A stretch of 64,000 nt of DNA from an uncultured Candidatus Saccharibacteria bacterium (GTDB lineage: Bacteria > Patescibacteriota > Minisyncoccia > SW-4-49-11): assembly GCA_964585065.1 (NCBI GenBank), contig CAZPCB010000003.1, forward strand, positions 526-64,525. The letters run 5' to 3'. The position numbers and the translations under genes were made by a program. Of the stretch, positions 1 through 9,382 are shown in pieces. The notes beneath the pieces are model-generated. The model made no database searches. It was not told the origin of the DNA and saw only the letters and a list, made by a program, of their open reading frames with translations. Each line of letters begins with the position of its first letter. Positions within the stretch are counted from its first letter, which is position 1.

Positions 1-105
1 GGCACTAACAGGAGTATATTGAAAGGAGATTATCACGATTGTGATTATAAATAAATATAATTTTATATATAATGCAAGTTTTTTCTTGTTTCTAATATTT
101 TCCAT
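1..105 (-). CDS. 5' end of a secreted protein (signal peptide only, truncated by the window edge); probable partner 'B2' of 111..1490
   Basis: Not in the ORF track. ATG at 105, 5 nt after the stop of 111..1490, reads open to base 1: MENIRNKKKLALYIKLYLFIITIVIISFQYTPVSA (basic n-region, hydrophobic h-region, V-S-A cleavage site). Confidence 0.7.
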   Translation of the reverse strand, partial: MENIRNKKKLALYIKLYLFIITIVIISFQYTPVSA

Positions 106-110
106 ATATA

Positions 111-1490
111 TTAATTTGTCTTTTTATACTTTCTGAATATAAACATTAATATAGTAAATATTAATATTATAATTGACAATACAGCTAAAATAATAATATT
201 ATTTCTATTATTATTTTGTTCATTGGTACATTGACTAGGGTCTAAATCTTTACAGTCATATACTGATTCAATAGTATTAATAATTGAACCATTTGCATCT
301 TTAATTGTACTTGTTACAGTTAATTTATTATACTTATTATTAGGTAATTTTGTATATATTCCATCAATCTGTCCTGTTAATACACCTTTGTATTCACTAC
401 TGGCTATTATCTTATCTTTTTCATCTTTGACTATATTTTCTAGTATTATATCTACTTTAGCATCATTAATATTGTATATACAAGTTAATAGTTTTAATTC
501 TTTATCGGGAGCATAGGGACTTGTATTAAAAGTTAAAGCTGTTATTCTTGGCTCATTGATACGTGAATTTCTAAATCTTATATTGACTATATTACCCCAT
601 TTTGTAGCTAAAGGAGTTTTTGTATCTTTTATTTTTATCTTTACATAATATATTGCTTTATTGGGTTCTTTTATTGTATAATTAGCTATATTAGAACCTT
701 TCTTTACTATTGTTTTTTGTTCTTTTAATTCTTTCTCTACCTTTCCTAAATCATCACTCCAGCTATATACTTCATATTGTATCTCTACTTCTTTATCTTC
801 ATTGGTATTATTTTGTATTGGTACACTGATATTAACTGGCTCTATCTTTTCATATATTGGATTTATAGATAAGCTATCTAATATTTCATTATTTAGCTTA
901 ATTTCATTTTGCTTCACTGATATATCCTCTGTATTATTACCTCCTATTTTGAAACTAGCATAAGATGCTGGCATTTCCTCAGTAAATGGTAATCCAGCTA
1001 TATTTATTTGATCATTTTGTATTACTGATAATAATATCTCATACTCTCCTTTTACAGCTTGAAATGGCATAATGTATTTATATTCTACAATATAGCTGCC
1101 TAAACTGTTTATATTTATATTATCTTTTAGTACTATCTCATCTACTGTTTGTATTATTCTTTTATCTTCTTCTTGCTCTATTTTTACTATTTTAGCTCGC
1201 ACTTTTAAGTCTGGTAATGGATAGGTATTATTATTTTTTAATTCTCCCTTTATGTATATAACATCTCCTGGCTCATATGTATTCTGATCTAATCCTACAT
1301 TAACATCTACTTTACCTAAATTATATATATCAAAACAATTTCCCAATGTGGCATTCCTTAATCCTTCTGGATTTAAATTGCTTTTATACTCATCTATATT
1401 AGCTTTTTCTTGAGCTATTACTCCTATATGAGGCAATAATAGACTTAACCCAAATATGATATATATTCCTTTTTGTATTATTTTTTTCAT
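111..1490 (-). CDS. Secreted, C-terminally membrane-anchored beta-rich (Ig-like) protein 'A2'
   Basis: Signal peptide ending ...VIA/Q; beta-sandwich-like segments; GNCFDIY and YDCKDLDPSQC motifs; C-terminal TM helix and basic tail (FRKYKKTN). Clear paralog of 3884..5455. Confidence 0.8.
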   Translation of the reverse strand: MKKIIQKGIYIIFGLSLLLPHIGVIAQEKANIDEYKSNLNPEGLRNATLGNCFDIYNLGKVDVNVGLDQNTYEPGDVIYIKGELKNNNTYPLPDLKVRAKIVKIEQEEDKRIIQTVDEIVLKDNININSLGSYIVEYKYIMPFQAVKGEYEILLSVIQNDQINIAGLPFTEEMPASYASFKIGGNNTEDISVKQNEIKLNNEILDSLSINPIYEKIEPVNISVPIQNNTNEDKEVEIQYEVYSWSDDLGKVEKELKEQKTIVKKGSNIANYTIKEPNKAIYYVKIKIKDTKTPLATKWGNIVNIRFRNSRINEPRITALTFNTSPYAPDKELKLLTCIYNINDAKVDIILENIVKDEKDKIIASSEYKGVLTGQIDGIYTKLPNNKYNKLTVTSTIKDANGSIINTIESVYDCKDLDPSQCTNEQNNNRNNIIILAVLSIIILIFTILMFIFRKYKKTN

Positions 1491-1550
1491 GAGTTTTATT
1501 TATATACTGTACACTATTAATAGTATATCATACCCCCCTAATTGTATATT

Positions 1551-1661
1551 GTGGATAAGTTAATACTCAATCATGATACGGTTTTTTTTATCGCATTTGG
1601 AATTGCTATAACTATTTGTCTTAGTCTTTATCTGTATTTCCGAAGACAAGATGTTATTTAA
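1551..1661 (+). other. Small single-TM ORF or 3' remnant of a membrane-protein gene
   Basis: GTG..TAA reads MDKLILNHDTVFFIAFGIAITICLSLYLYFRRQDVI. The TM helix followed by FRRQDV resembles ABC-2 permease C-termini. Ends just before the 1682-1716 hairpin. Confidence 0.3.
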
Positions 1662-1681
1662 TAGTTAATTTAGTATATCAT

Positions 1682-1716
1682 AAAGGAGGAATATCCTATA
1701 GAGATATTCCTCCTTT
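1682..1716. terminator. Intrinsic terminator, probably bidirectional
   Basis: Perfect 14-bp stem AAAGGAGGAATATC / GATATTCCTCCTTT with a 7-nt loop, 15 nt after the stop of 1732..3879. Confidence 0.8.
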
Positions 1717-1731
1717 TCTCACCATATTCTT

Positions 1732-3879
1732 CTACTTAGCAACTTCTCGAATAGTTCTATCCCCAAAATTAGTTATATCTCCAGTACAGGGTTTCTCTTC
1801 TGTTCTTCCTAATGATCCTTTTGCTTCTATGACTGGATTGTATTTCCCTAGTCCTAATCCTGTATAATCTAGAGTGAATTTTTGTGTTATATTATCACTT
1901 GTTATTGAACTTCCATAATCCTCTCCTATTGTCCTTTTTATTCGCCATGTATATGGATTATTAGCATTCCCTACTGTCGCTTCTACTTGGGCTATTGGGC
2001 TCTCTGCACTTACTACATTCTTTAATATCTTACAGGTTATCAATGGATAACTTTGTATCACTAATGTAATATTTGCATTGACTGATTTTGGAACTTTTGC
2101 CTCCTTCCCTGTACAACTAAGATTTATTGTATATGTTTGATCAGCTTTATCTGGTTCTACATTATTATTCTGCCTAGAACTTTCCAATTCTATATTATTT
2201 TCTCTAAATATATCTCTTGCTCCCGCAGTACTTAATTTACAACTATTATCCTGTAATCCAACTGTATTAGTTATTTTCCAATTTGTACTAATTGGATCTC
2301 CTGTCTTTATTGTTAATGTTTCTCCTTTTGCTACTGTTGTACTTCGACTCCTTAAATTGAAATCTACGCTAGGTTCTGGATAATTTAGCGGAGTTAATTT
2401 TCCACATCCCTTCCATCTATCTCCTAAGTTACTATTGCGGTTATCGTTTAGACTTACTTGTATGTCATACTCATATCCAGATATTAATCCACTTATATCT
2501 ATGTTTCCTGTTCTAGTATTATATGGTAAGTTGTCCCATACCCAATCTACTTCTCCTTCTCTTCTCCATCTTGCTTTTAATACTAACTCATCTCCTGGCT
2601 CATCTGTACCTGTATAATTCCAATTTGTATTACCTGTTGTATATCCTGTTCCTGTTCCTCCACAGCTTAATTGATCTAGATTAGGTGGATTATTTACTTT
2701 TGTACTAAAGACTGGTCCATCTTCCCAACCTGTCCATCCGTTTACTGGATTATATACTGCTACTCGTGGATAATAGGTTGTCCCTGGTATAAGTCCTGAT
2801 ATTGCTATATTACTTGCAGTACCAGCATATCCACCCCATACAATATTAGTAAAGCCAGGATCAGTAGCTATTTGTATAGCAACATTTGTTTGGGCATCTC
2901 CATCTGCATCACTATAGCTCCAATTTGCTGTTGCAGTATGATACCCTATATCTGTTGTTCCTGTATAGGCTACTGTTGGTGCTTGGTTTGGATTCTTTAC
3001 TCTTACAGTATAGGTTATTGAATTTAAGGAATATCCCCATCCCCCCCTTGCATAGTCTCCTCCATTTGGAGTAAAGACGTTTCCCCGATTTCTTATACAG
3101 CGCACGCTTTGACCACCAACACGACCAGTTGACACGATTGTTTGAGTTGTACCCGTAGGACAACCACATTGTGTTGTGGGTTGACGCCCCGCACCTCTTA
3201 CAAATGTATATCCAGTGACTGTACATACCTGTAGTTCATATGTAATCTGAGGGAAAGTACGCCCCCACTGGTAATTCCTTGCGACATAATAAGAACCAGA
3301 CCCTGGGAATGAAACGGTTATATTCGCTGCTCCTTGCCCTACCGTACGACAACTTGAACCACCAGAAGATGCACAATCTATAATTCCATCATTACTACTA
3401 CTTAGAGTATAACCCACTTGACCTATAATACCTCCTTGCATCTGATTTTGTACCTCATAACCGCCTGAACATGCTCCTCCATAGCTCACATAATTCCAGT
3501 TATATATATTATTGTCCATGGGGGGAGTAGCATTATCTACTGCAGTGTACCAATAAGATCCGGTTACATTATCATTATATGCAACCAAATTTGTTCCAAC
3601 AGGGATATCTCCAGCCCCTGACTCATTTAGGTTTAAGTTTCTAACACCTTGAGCTTGAAGAGTAAATTGTTTGTCTAGACTCATACCAAACAATGTTTGC
3701 GCCTTAAAGTCAGGTGGACCTCCACAGCCACCTCTTTTATGATATCTATAATAATTCCAGCTATCTGTATAATTAACTGGTACGGATATTGCAGAACTTT
3801 GTTGAGGTAACATATATACTATTAAGGATAATAGTAGTATTACTATATATTTCATATGGTTATATTTAAGGTTTTTCAT
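1732..3879 (-). CDS. Secreted Cys-rich surface protein 'B1' with two fibronectin-III-like and further Ig-like domains (adhesin-like)
   Basis: Signal peptide ending ...QQSSA; Fn3 signatures 'ANWSY..SGLIPGTTYYPRVAV' and 'NWNY..SGLISGYEYDIQVSL'; 14 Cys; no TM anchor. Confidence 0.75.
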   Translation of the reverse strand: MKNLKYNHMKYIVILLLSLIVYMLPQQSSAISVPVNYTDSWNYYRYHKRGGCGGPPDFKAQTLFGMSLDKQFTLQAQGVRNLNLNESGAGDIPVGTNLVAYNDNVTGSYWYTAVDNATPPMDNNIYNWNYVSYGGACSGGYEVQNQMQGGIIGQVGYTLSSSNDGIIDCASSGGSSCRTVGQGAANITVSFPGSGSYYVARNYQWGRTFPQITYELQVCTVTGYTFVRGAGRQPTTQCGCPTGTTQTIVSTGRVGGQSVRCIRNRGNVFTPNGGDYARGGWGYSLNSITYTVRVKNPNQAPTVAYTGTTDIGYHTATANWSYSDADGDAQTNVAIQIATDPGFTNIVWGGYAGTASNIAISGLIPGTTYYPRVAVYNPVNGWTGWEDGPVFSTKVNNPPNLDQLSCGGTGTGYTTGNTNWNYTGTDEPGDELVLKARWRREGEVDWVWDNLPYNTRTGNIDISGLISGYEYDIQVSLNDNRNSNLGDRWKGCGKLTPLNYPEPSVDFNLRSRSTTVAKGETLTIKTGDPISTNWKITNTVGLQDNSCKLSTAGARDIFRENNIELESSRQNNNVEPDKADQTYTINLSCTGKEAKVPKSVNANITLVIQSYPLITCKILKNVVSAESPIAQVEATVGNANNPYTWRIKRTIGEDYGSSITSDNITQKFTLDYTGLGLGKYNPVIEAKGSLGRTEEKPCTGDITNFGDRTIREVAK

Positions 3880-3883
3880 ATGC

Positions 3884-5455
3884 TTATTTTATCGACTTTA
3901 ATGCTCTCCTTCTATATTCTCGAAATCCAAACACTAGCCCTCCTAAGACTAATATTCCTCCCAGGAATACCCATACACTAGAATTTGCACCTCCTTGCCT
4001 ACATTGACTTGGATTTAATTCCTTACAGTCATAATTTAAATCAATAGTATTCAGTATATTTCCGTCTTTATCTTTAATTGTACTTGTTACCATTAAGTTA
4101 TTATATCTCTTATTTTTTGGCAATTAAGTATATATACCATCAACTTGACCTGTAACCGTTCCTTTATATTCACTACTTGCTATTATTTTACCCCTCTCAT
4201 CTTTTATAGTGTTTTCTACTATTGTTTCCACTTCAGTCTCATTCGTATTATGTATACAAGTTAAAAGCTGTATATCACCTTTTTCTGGACTATATGGGCT
4301 AGTATTTAATGTTACCGCAGCTATTCTTGGCTCACTTATATCTTCATTCACAAACCTTATATTTGCTATATTTTCCCAGCTCATATTTGTGAGCACATTA
4401 TTACCTCTAACTTTTATTTTAATATAATATACTGCTTCTGCTTGTTCTTCTATTGTATAGCTTGCTATACTTGTACCTTGCTTGGCTATTGTTTTTAATT
4501 GTTTTAATTCTTTCTTTATTTTCCCTATGTCATCACTCCAGCTATATACTTCATATTCTACTTCTACTTCTTTATCTGTATCTGTATTGTTCTGTATCGG
4601 TACTTTGATTGTAACTGGTCTTTTATCTCTATATTTAGGATTGAATGATAAATTATTATACGGAACATCATTGATCGTTATATCTTTTTGTTTAATAATT
4701 ATCTCTTCTGTATTATCACCTTCTATTTTAAAGTTTAATTTAGATGCATATACATCATCTGTAAAGCTTAATCCCGCTACACTAATCTGATCATTGGAAA
4801 CTACAGACAATAATATTTCATAATCTCCTTTAGCAGCTTTCATCGGTAATATATAGGATTCATTTATTTCCTGTGAACCTTTACTTGCTAAGTTTATATT
4901 ATCTTTTATCACTATTTCATCTACTGTCTTAACTATTCTCTTATCACCTTCTTGTTCAATTTTAACTATTTTAGCTTTTATCTTTAAATCTACTAGTGGA
5001 TAATTATTATTATTTTCAATATTTCCTGTAAATTTTATAAGTCCAGCCCCCGGCTTAGCTTCTGCTCCTGTCTGATATTCATTCTGATCTATAATAATAC
5101 CTAGTCGTATATTATTGAATTTATATATATCAAAACAATTACCTAGTGATGCATTCTTTAAACCTTCTTGCTTTAATGTACTCGTATAAGGAGTTTCTTC
5201 TGGTGGATTCTCTTTGCTTTCTTTAATCCATCTCTCTACCTCTTCTGCTGTAGGTGGAGTTGGTGATAAGGGTGCTGGAAGTTCCCCCTGACTACTTTCA
5301 AGTTGCTCTCTTTCTTTCATTAGGTTATCATATTCTTCTTGAGTTAAGTTATCTATATCCATACTCGATATACCCTGAGCTAATACTGCTATCTGGGGGA
5401 GTAATAAAGATGTTATTAATATGACTATACCTAATATTGAATTTATTTTTTTCAT
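3884..5455 (-). pseudogene. Paralog 'A1' of 111..1490, split by one in-frame TAA at 4124-4126
   Basis: ORFs 4124..5455 and 3884..4123 are in the same frame. They read GIYT*LPKNKRYNNL, against GIYTKLPNNKYNKL in A2 (AAA>TAA). The downstream part carries YDCKELNPSQC and the TM anchor. Confidence 0.8.
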
Positions 5456-5558
5456 AAAAATTTATATTTAATTATTCTCTTTTAATAATACACCATATTT
5501 TTATATATTACTATTTGACTATTGTGAATAAGTTTTACTGTTTTAGTAATTCTCCATA

Positions 5559-6827
5559 TTAAAGACTATCATAATCTCTCACAATAATTTGTGAGTCGAT
5601 TTGTTTCATAGTCTCAAGAATTACAGATACCACGATTAAGAGACTAGTTCCTCCAATGGCTAATGCTTGATTGCCAGTAAATCCAGTAACAATATATGGT
5701 AATACCGCAATAATACCTAAGAATACAGCTCCAAAAATAATAATTCTATTGGATACATATTGTAAATACTGGGCTGTTTTTTCTCCTGGGCGAATTCCTG
5801 TTACAAAACCTCCTTGTTTTTGTAAATTCTCAGCTACTGCTTTTGGTTCAAAAACAATGGTAGTATACACATAGGTAAATACTAATACAAAGATGAAATA
5901 GAGACTAGCATAAGCTACTTGATTAGAAAGGAAAGTATTAACTGCTTGAGCTCCTGAGGCTAGCCAAGAAATATTACTTTGTACTAATAAATTAGCTACA
6001 ACTTGTGGGAATAATACGAGAGATACTGCAAAAATAATCGGCATTACCCCAGCCTGATTTACTTTCATTGGTAAATAGGTGTCAACTTGTGCATTAACGA
6101 GTGATCCTCTTGATTTTTTACTATATGATATGGGTATATTACGCTGTCCCTCAGTAATAAAGATAATTGCATATATAACAATTAAGGTAAGAGCGGTATA
6201 TACAAGATATAATGGAATCTCTCCTCTATTAAAGTTTAAGAAAAATTGACTTAATGTTGTTGGGAGCCCCGCAATAATACCTGCGAATATAATCAATGAT
6301 ATTCCATTCCCTACATTTTGATTGGTGATTATCTCCCCTAACCACATAAGCCCAATAGTTCCTGCTGTCATTAAAGCGACAATAGTAATAACTTGTAAAC
6401 TGGTAATATCTTGAATAATATTTTGACTTCTTAATAATGTCAATGTTGACATTGCCTGCACAATAGCAAGTGGTACGGTGAGCATTCTTGTATATTGATT
6501 AAATACTTGTCTTCCTTGTTCTCCTTCTTCTTTATATAATCGATTCAAGGATGGGACTACCATTGTAAATAATTGCATAATAATAGAAGCCGTAATATAT
6601 GGTCCTACTCCCAATGCTACCAAGGAAAAATTAGAAAAACCACCTCCTGAAAATATATCTAAAAACCCCAAAAGTTGATTTGATTTTGCAAAAGCCTCTA
6701 TACGATCAATATCTACTCCTGGAATAGGAATAGATGCAATAAGTCGATATACTATCAATATACCAAGTACTAGAAGAAGTTTATTTCTAAGCTCTGGAAT
6801 TCGAGGTATATAGAGCCATCTTTTCAT
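5559..6827 (-). CDS. secY: Preprotein translocase subunit SecY
   Basis: About 10 TM helices; ALGVGPYITASII, GNGISLIIFAGI, GIRPG and GGTSLLIVV motifs. Confidence 0.98.
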   Translation of the reverse strand: MKRWLYIPRIPELRNKLLLVLGILIVYRLIASIPIPGVDIDRIEAFAKSNQLLGFLDIFSGGGFSNFSLVALGVGPYITASIIMQLFTMVVPSLNRLYKEEGEQGRQVFNQYTRMLTVPLAIVQAMSTLTLLRSQNIIQDITSLQVITIVALMTAGTIGLMWLGEIITNQNVGNGISLIIFAGIIAGLPTTLSQFFLNFNRGEIPLYLVYTALTLIVIYAIIFITEGQRNIPISYSKKSRGSLVNAQVDTYLPMKVNQAGVMPIIFAVSLVLFPQVVANLLVQSNISWLASGAQAVNTFLSNQVAYASLYFIFVLVFTYVYTTIVFEPKAVAENLQKQGGFVTGIRPGEKTAQYLQYVSNRIIIFGAVFLGIIAVLPYIVTGFTGNQALAIGGTSLLIVVSVILETMKQIDSQIIVRDYDSL

Positions 6828-6888
6828 ATCTATATCTTTAACATTTATCTATTATATCACAAAAACTCCTTGAGTCAGAATATATAGC

Positions 6889-7353
6889 TTATGCACTATA
6901 TATATCCTGTATTGTCTTCGATACCGCAATATTTTCAAATACAAATTTTTTATCAATAGCTTCTCCAGTATTCTTGGCTAATACTTTAATATCTGTAGTA
7001 CTATTTCGAATTAATTTCACCTGTAATAGACTTTCACGATTAATAATAGCTCCATTTTCAAATATTGCAGCAATAGATTGAATATTTACAATAGTATAGG
7101 CGGTTTTACCCTTTATATTCCCAATTCGATGAGCTCCTTGTACTGGGGATTGTCCTCTTCTTTTATGAATAACTCGGCTTCCTTGTCCAGCTAAAGCAGC
7201 ACTACCTCCGGTGAATAATGGAGATATTTTAGCTCCTGATCGAGCTTTTTGTCCTTTTTGTCCTTTTCCACTATAAGTACCTCGCTTTCCTCCGCGTCCT
7301 ATTCTTTTACGAGTTTTTTGTGATGGATGTGGTGATAATGTATGAATATGCAT
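6889..7353 (-). CDS. rplO: 50S ribosomal protein L15
   Basis: RIGRGGKRGTYSGKGQKGQKARSG; operon position. Confidence 0.95.
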   Translation of the reverse strand: MHIHTLSPHPSQKTRKRIGRGGKRGTYSGKGQKGQKARSGAKISPLFTGGSAALAGQGSRVIHKRRGQSPVQGAHRIGNIKGKTAYTIVNIQSIAAIFENGAIINRESLLQVKLIRNSTTDIKVLAKNTGEAIDKKFVFENIAVSKTIQDIYSA

Positions 7354-7354
7354 A

Positions 7355-7816
7355 TTATTGAGTCATTAACAAAGCTTTTACTGTTGCTTGAGCATTATTG
7401 AGCTTATTCTTTCCTCCGAGCATCTTAGCGGTAATATTCTTAATTCCAGCAAAATCTACAACAGTTCGAACTGCTCCACCAGCTACAATTCCTTTTCCTT
7501 CTTTGGCTGGCTTTAAAATAATTTGAGCACTACCAAATTTTGCAGTGGCGTCAACCGGAATAGTACCGGTACTTACATCAATTTGTACCATTTTTTTCTT
7601 GGCAGCATTAATAGCTTTATCAATTGCGATAGCGGTATCAGCTCCTTTTCCGATTCCAACTCCAACTTTTCCTTTACGATCTCCAATTACAACAGTTGCT
7701 CGAAAAGAAAATCGTCGTCCTCCAGCCATAACACGAGCTACTCTAGCTATATCTAGTACTTTATGATCATATTCTCGCTTCTCTGGCTGTCTTGATTGTT
7801 GTTGCTGCTTTGCCAT
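7355..7816 (-). CDS. rpsE: 30S ribosomal protein S5
   Basis: RVARVMAGGRRFSFRATVVIGD motif. Confidence 0.97.
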   Translation of the reverse strand: MAKQQQQSRQPEKREYDHKVLDIARVARVMAGGRRFSFRATVVIGDRKGKVGVGIGKGADTAIAIDKAINAAKKKMVQIDVSTGTIPVDATAKFGSAQIILKPAKEGKGIVAGGAVRTVVDFAGIKNITAKMLGGKNKLNNAQATVKALLMTQ

Positions 7817-7817
7817 A

Positions 7818-8174
7818 TTAAATTCTTAATCCTGATTTACGAGCTCCTTCTGCAAAAGCTGAGATTTTTCCAGTATATTTTCGTCCTCTTCTATCAAATA
7901 CAGCACGATAAATATTCTTTTCTAATGCAGCTACTGCTAATGCTTCTCCTAATTTTTCAGCATCAGTAATAGTAACACTTTTTCCTTTGCTCAATGATTT
8001 ACTATGTAGTCCAAGTAAAGTTACTCCCTTGATATCGTCAATAAGTTGAGCATATATACTAGTATTGCTTTTGGATACTGCTAATCGAGGAATAGTAGAA
8101 GTACCTGAGATTTTTCCTCTCACTCTTACCTTTCTTCTTGCTAATCGTCGCTGTTTGTCCAAAATTGCCTTCAT
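7818..8174 (-). CDS. rplR: 50S ribosomal protein L18
   Basis: PRLAV..IYAQLIDD and VFDR..YTG motifs. Confidence 0.96.
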   Translation of the reverse strand: MKAILDKQRRLARRKVRVRGKISGTSTIPRLAVSKSNTSIYAQLIDDIKGVTLLGLHSKSLSKGKSVTITDAEKLGEALAVAALEKNIYRAVFDRRGRKYTGKISAFAEGARKSGLRI

Positions 8175-8228
8175 ACTATATGCATTATAATCCTTATTTT
8201 ATCACATTTATCTTCTTATTTCAAGTGT

Positions 8229-8765
8229 TTAAGAAGATGTTTTCTTACCTACTTTCATTCTGACAAATTCGTCATCATATCTCACACCTTTTCCTTTATA
8301 AGGTTCTGGTGGTCGAGTAGCCCGAATATTAGCAGATACCTGTCCAACGAGAGTTTTATCTATTCCTTTTACTAAAATAATATTTTTATCTACCTCAAAG
8401 GCAATTCCTTCTGGAGCTGTTACTTCAATTGGATGTGAATACCCAAGATTCAATACAAGAGTTTGTCCTTGTAGGGCTACACGATATCCCACTCCTTCAA
8501 TACGAAGTTTTTTGGTAAATCCATCTGTTACTCCTGTAATCATATTTTGAAGTAAAGCTCGATATAATCCCCAAAAAGCACTAATATTCTTGATTTGCTC
8601 TTGTGGAGTTACAAAAACTTCTGTTTCTCCTATTTCAAATCCTACTGGATGATTTACATCCTGAGATAATACTCCTTTTGGACCAGTAACAGTTAATACT
8701 CCATCTTGTAATACTATGGATACTCCTTCTGGGATTTGAATTGGCTTTTTTCCTACTCTTGACAT
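8229..8765 (-). CDS. rplF: 50S ribosomal protein L6
   Basis: MSRVGKKPI; RPPEPYKGKGVRY. Confidence 0.98.
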   Translation of the reverse strand: MSRVGKKPIQIPEGVSIVLQDGVLTVTGPKGVLSQDVNHPVGFEIGETEVFVTPQEQIKNISAFWGLYRALLQNMITGVTDGFTKKLRIEGVGYRVALQGQTLVLNLGYSHPIEVTAPEGIAFEVDKNIILVKGIDKTLVGQVSANIRATRPPEPYKGKGVRYDDEFVRMKVGKKTSS

Positions 8766-8783
8766 AATCGTATACTTACTTAA

Positions 8784-9173
8784 TTACCAAATTTGACAAA
8801 TAACTTCTCCTCCCAAATTCTCTCTTTTTGCAGTATTAGCATCTATAATTCCTTTTGAGGTAGATAAAACTACAGTTCCTTTTCCATACTTAAATTGTGT
8901 TGGAAGTTCTTGTGCTCCAAGATAAATTCTACGTCCTGGCTTACTTACTCTATCAATGCCCTTAATCCCATCTTTTTTAAGATCAATAACAAGAAGAGGA
9001 AATCCTTTTTCTTGATCAACTTTTGTAACTCCTGTTACAAATTTCTTAGTCTTTAATAATTTTGCAATTTCAAATTTAAGATTAGAGTAAGGAATGGATA
9101 CCTCTCTCTTATTCACCGCTTGTGCATTACGGATTCTGGTTAGCATGTCTGCAATTGGGTCAGTCATATTCAT
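8784..9173 (-). CDS. rpsH: 30S ribosomal protein S8
   Basis: DPIADMLTRIRNA; SKPGRRIY; GGEVIC. Confidence 0.98.
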   Translation of the reverse strand: MNMTDPIADMLTRIRNAQAVNKREVSIPYSNLKFEIAKLLKTKKFVTGVTKVDQEKGFPLLVIDLKKDGIKGIDRVSKPGRRIYLGAQELPTQFKYGKGTVVLSTSKGIIDANTAKRENLGGEVICQIW

Positions 9174-9186
9174 ATAATTCTTATAA

Positions 9187-9372
9187 TTACCAACTAGATT
9201 TTTTAATACCTGGGATTAATCCCTCTGAAGCAAGTTCTCTGAAACAGATACGGCATAATCCAAAATCTCGGATATATCCTCTATGTCTTCCACATTTAAA
9301 ACATCGATTAACACCACGAGTACTAAACTTCTGCTTCTTTTTGGACTTTGCGATATGTGCTTCTGTTGCCAT
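9187..9372 (-). CDS. rpsN: 30S ribosomal protein S14, short Zn-binding (C+) type
   Basis: RCFKCGR...LCRICFRE; ends KSSW. Confidence 0.97.
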   Translation of the reverse strand: MATEAHIAKSKKKQKFSTRGVNRCFKCGRHRGYIRDFGLCRICFRELASEGLIPGIKKSSW

Positions 9373-9382
9373 ATTTCTACTC

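Noticed and set aside
1732-5455. Diversity-generating retroelement target
   Set aside because: No reverse transcriptase and no template/variable repeat pair differing only at adenines is visible. A1/A2 differences look like ordinary paralog divergence.
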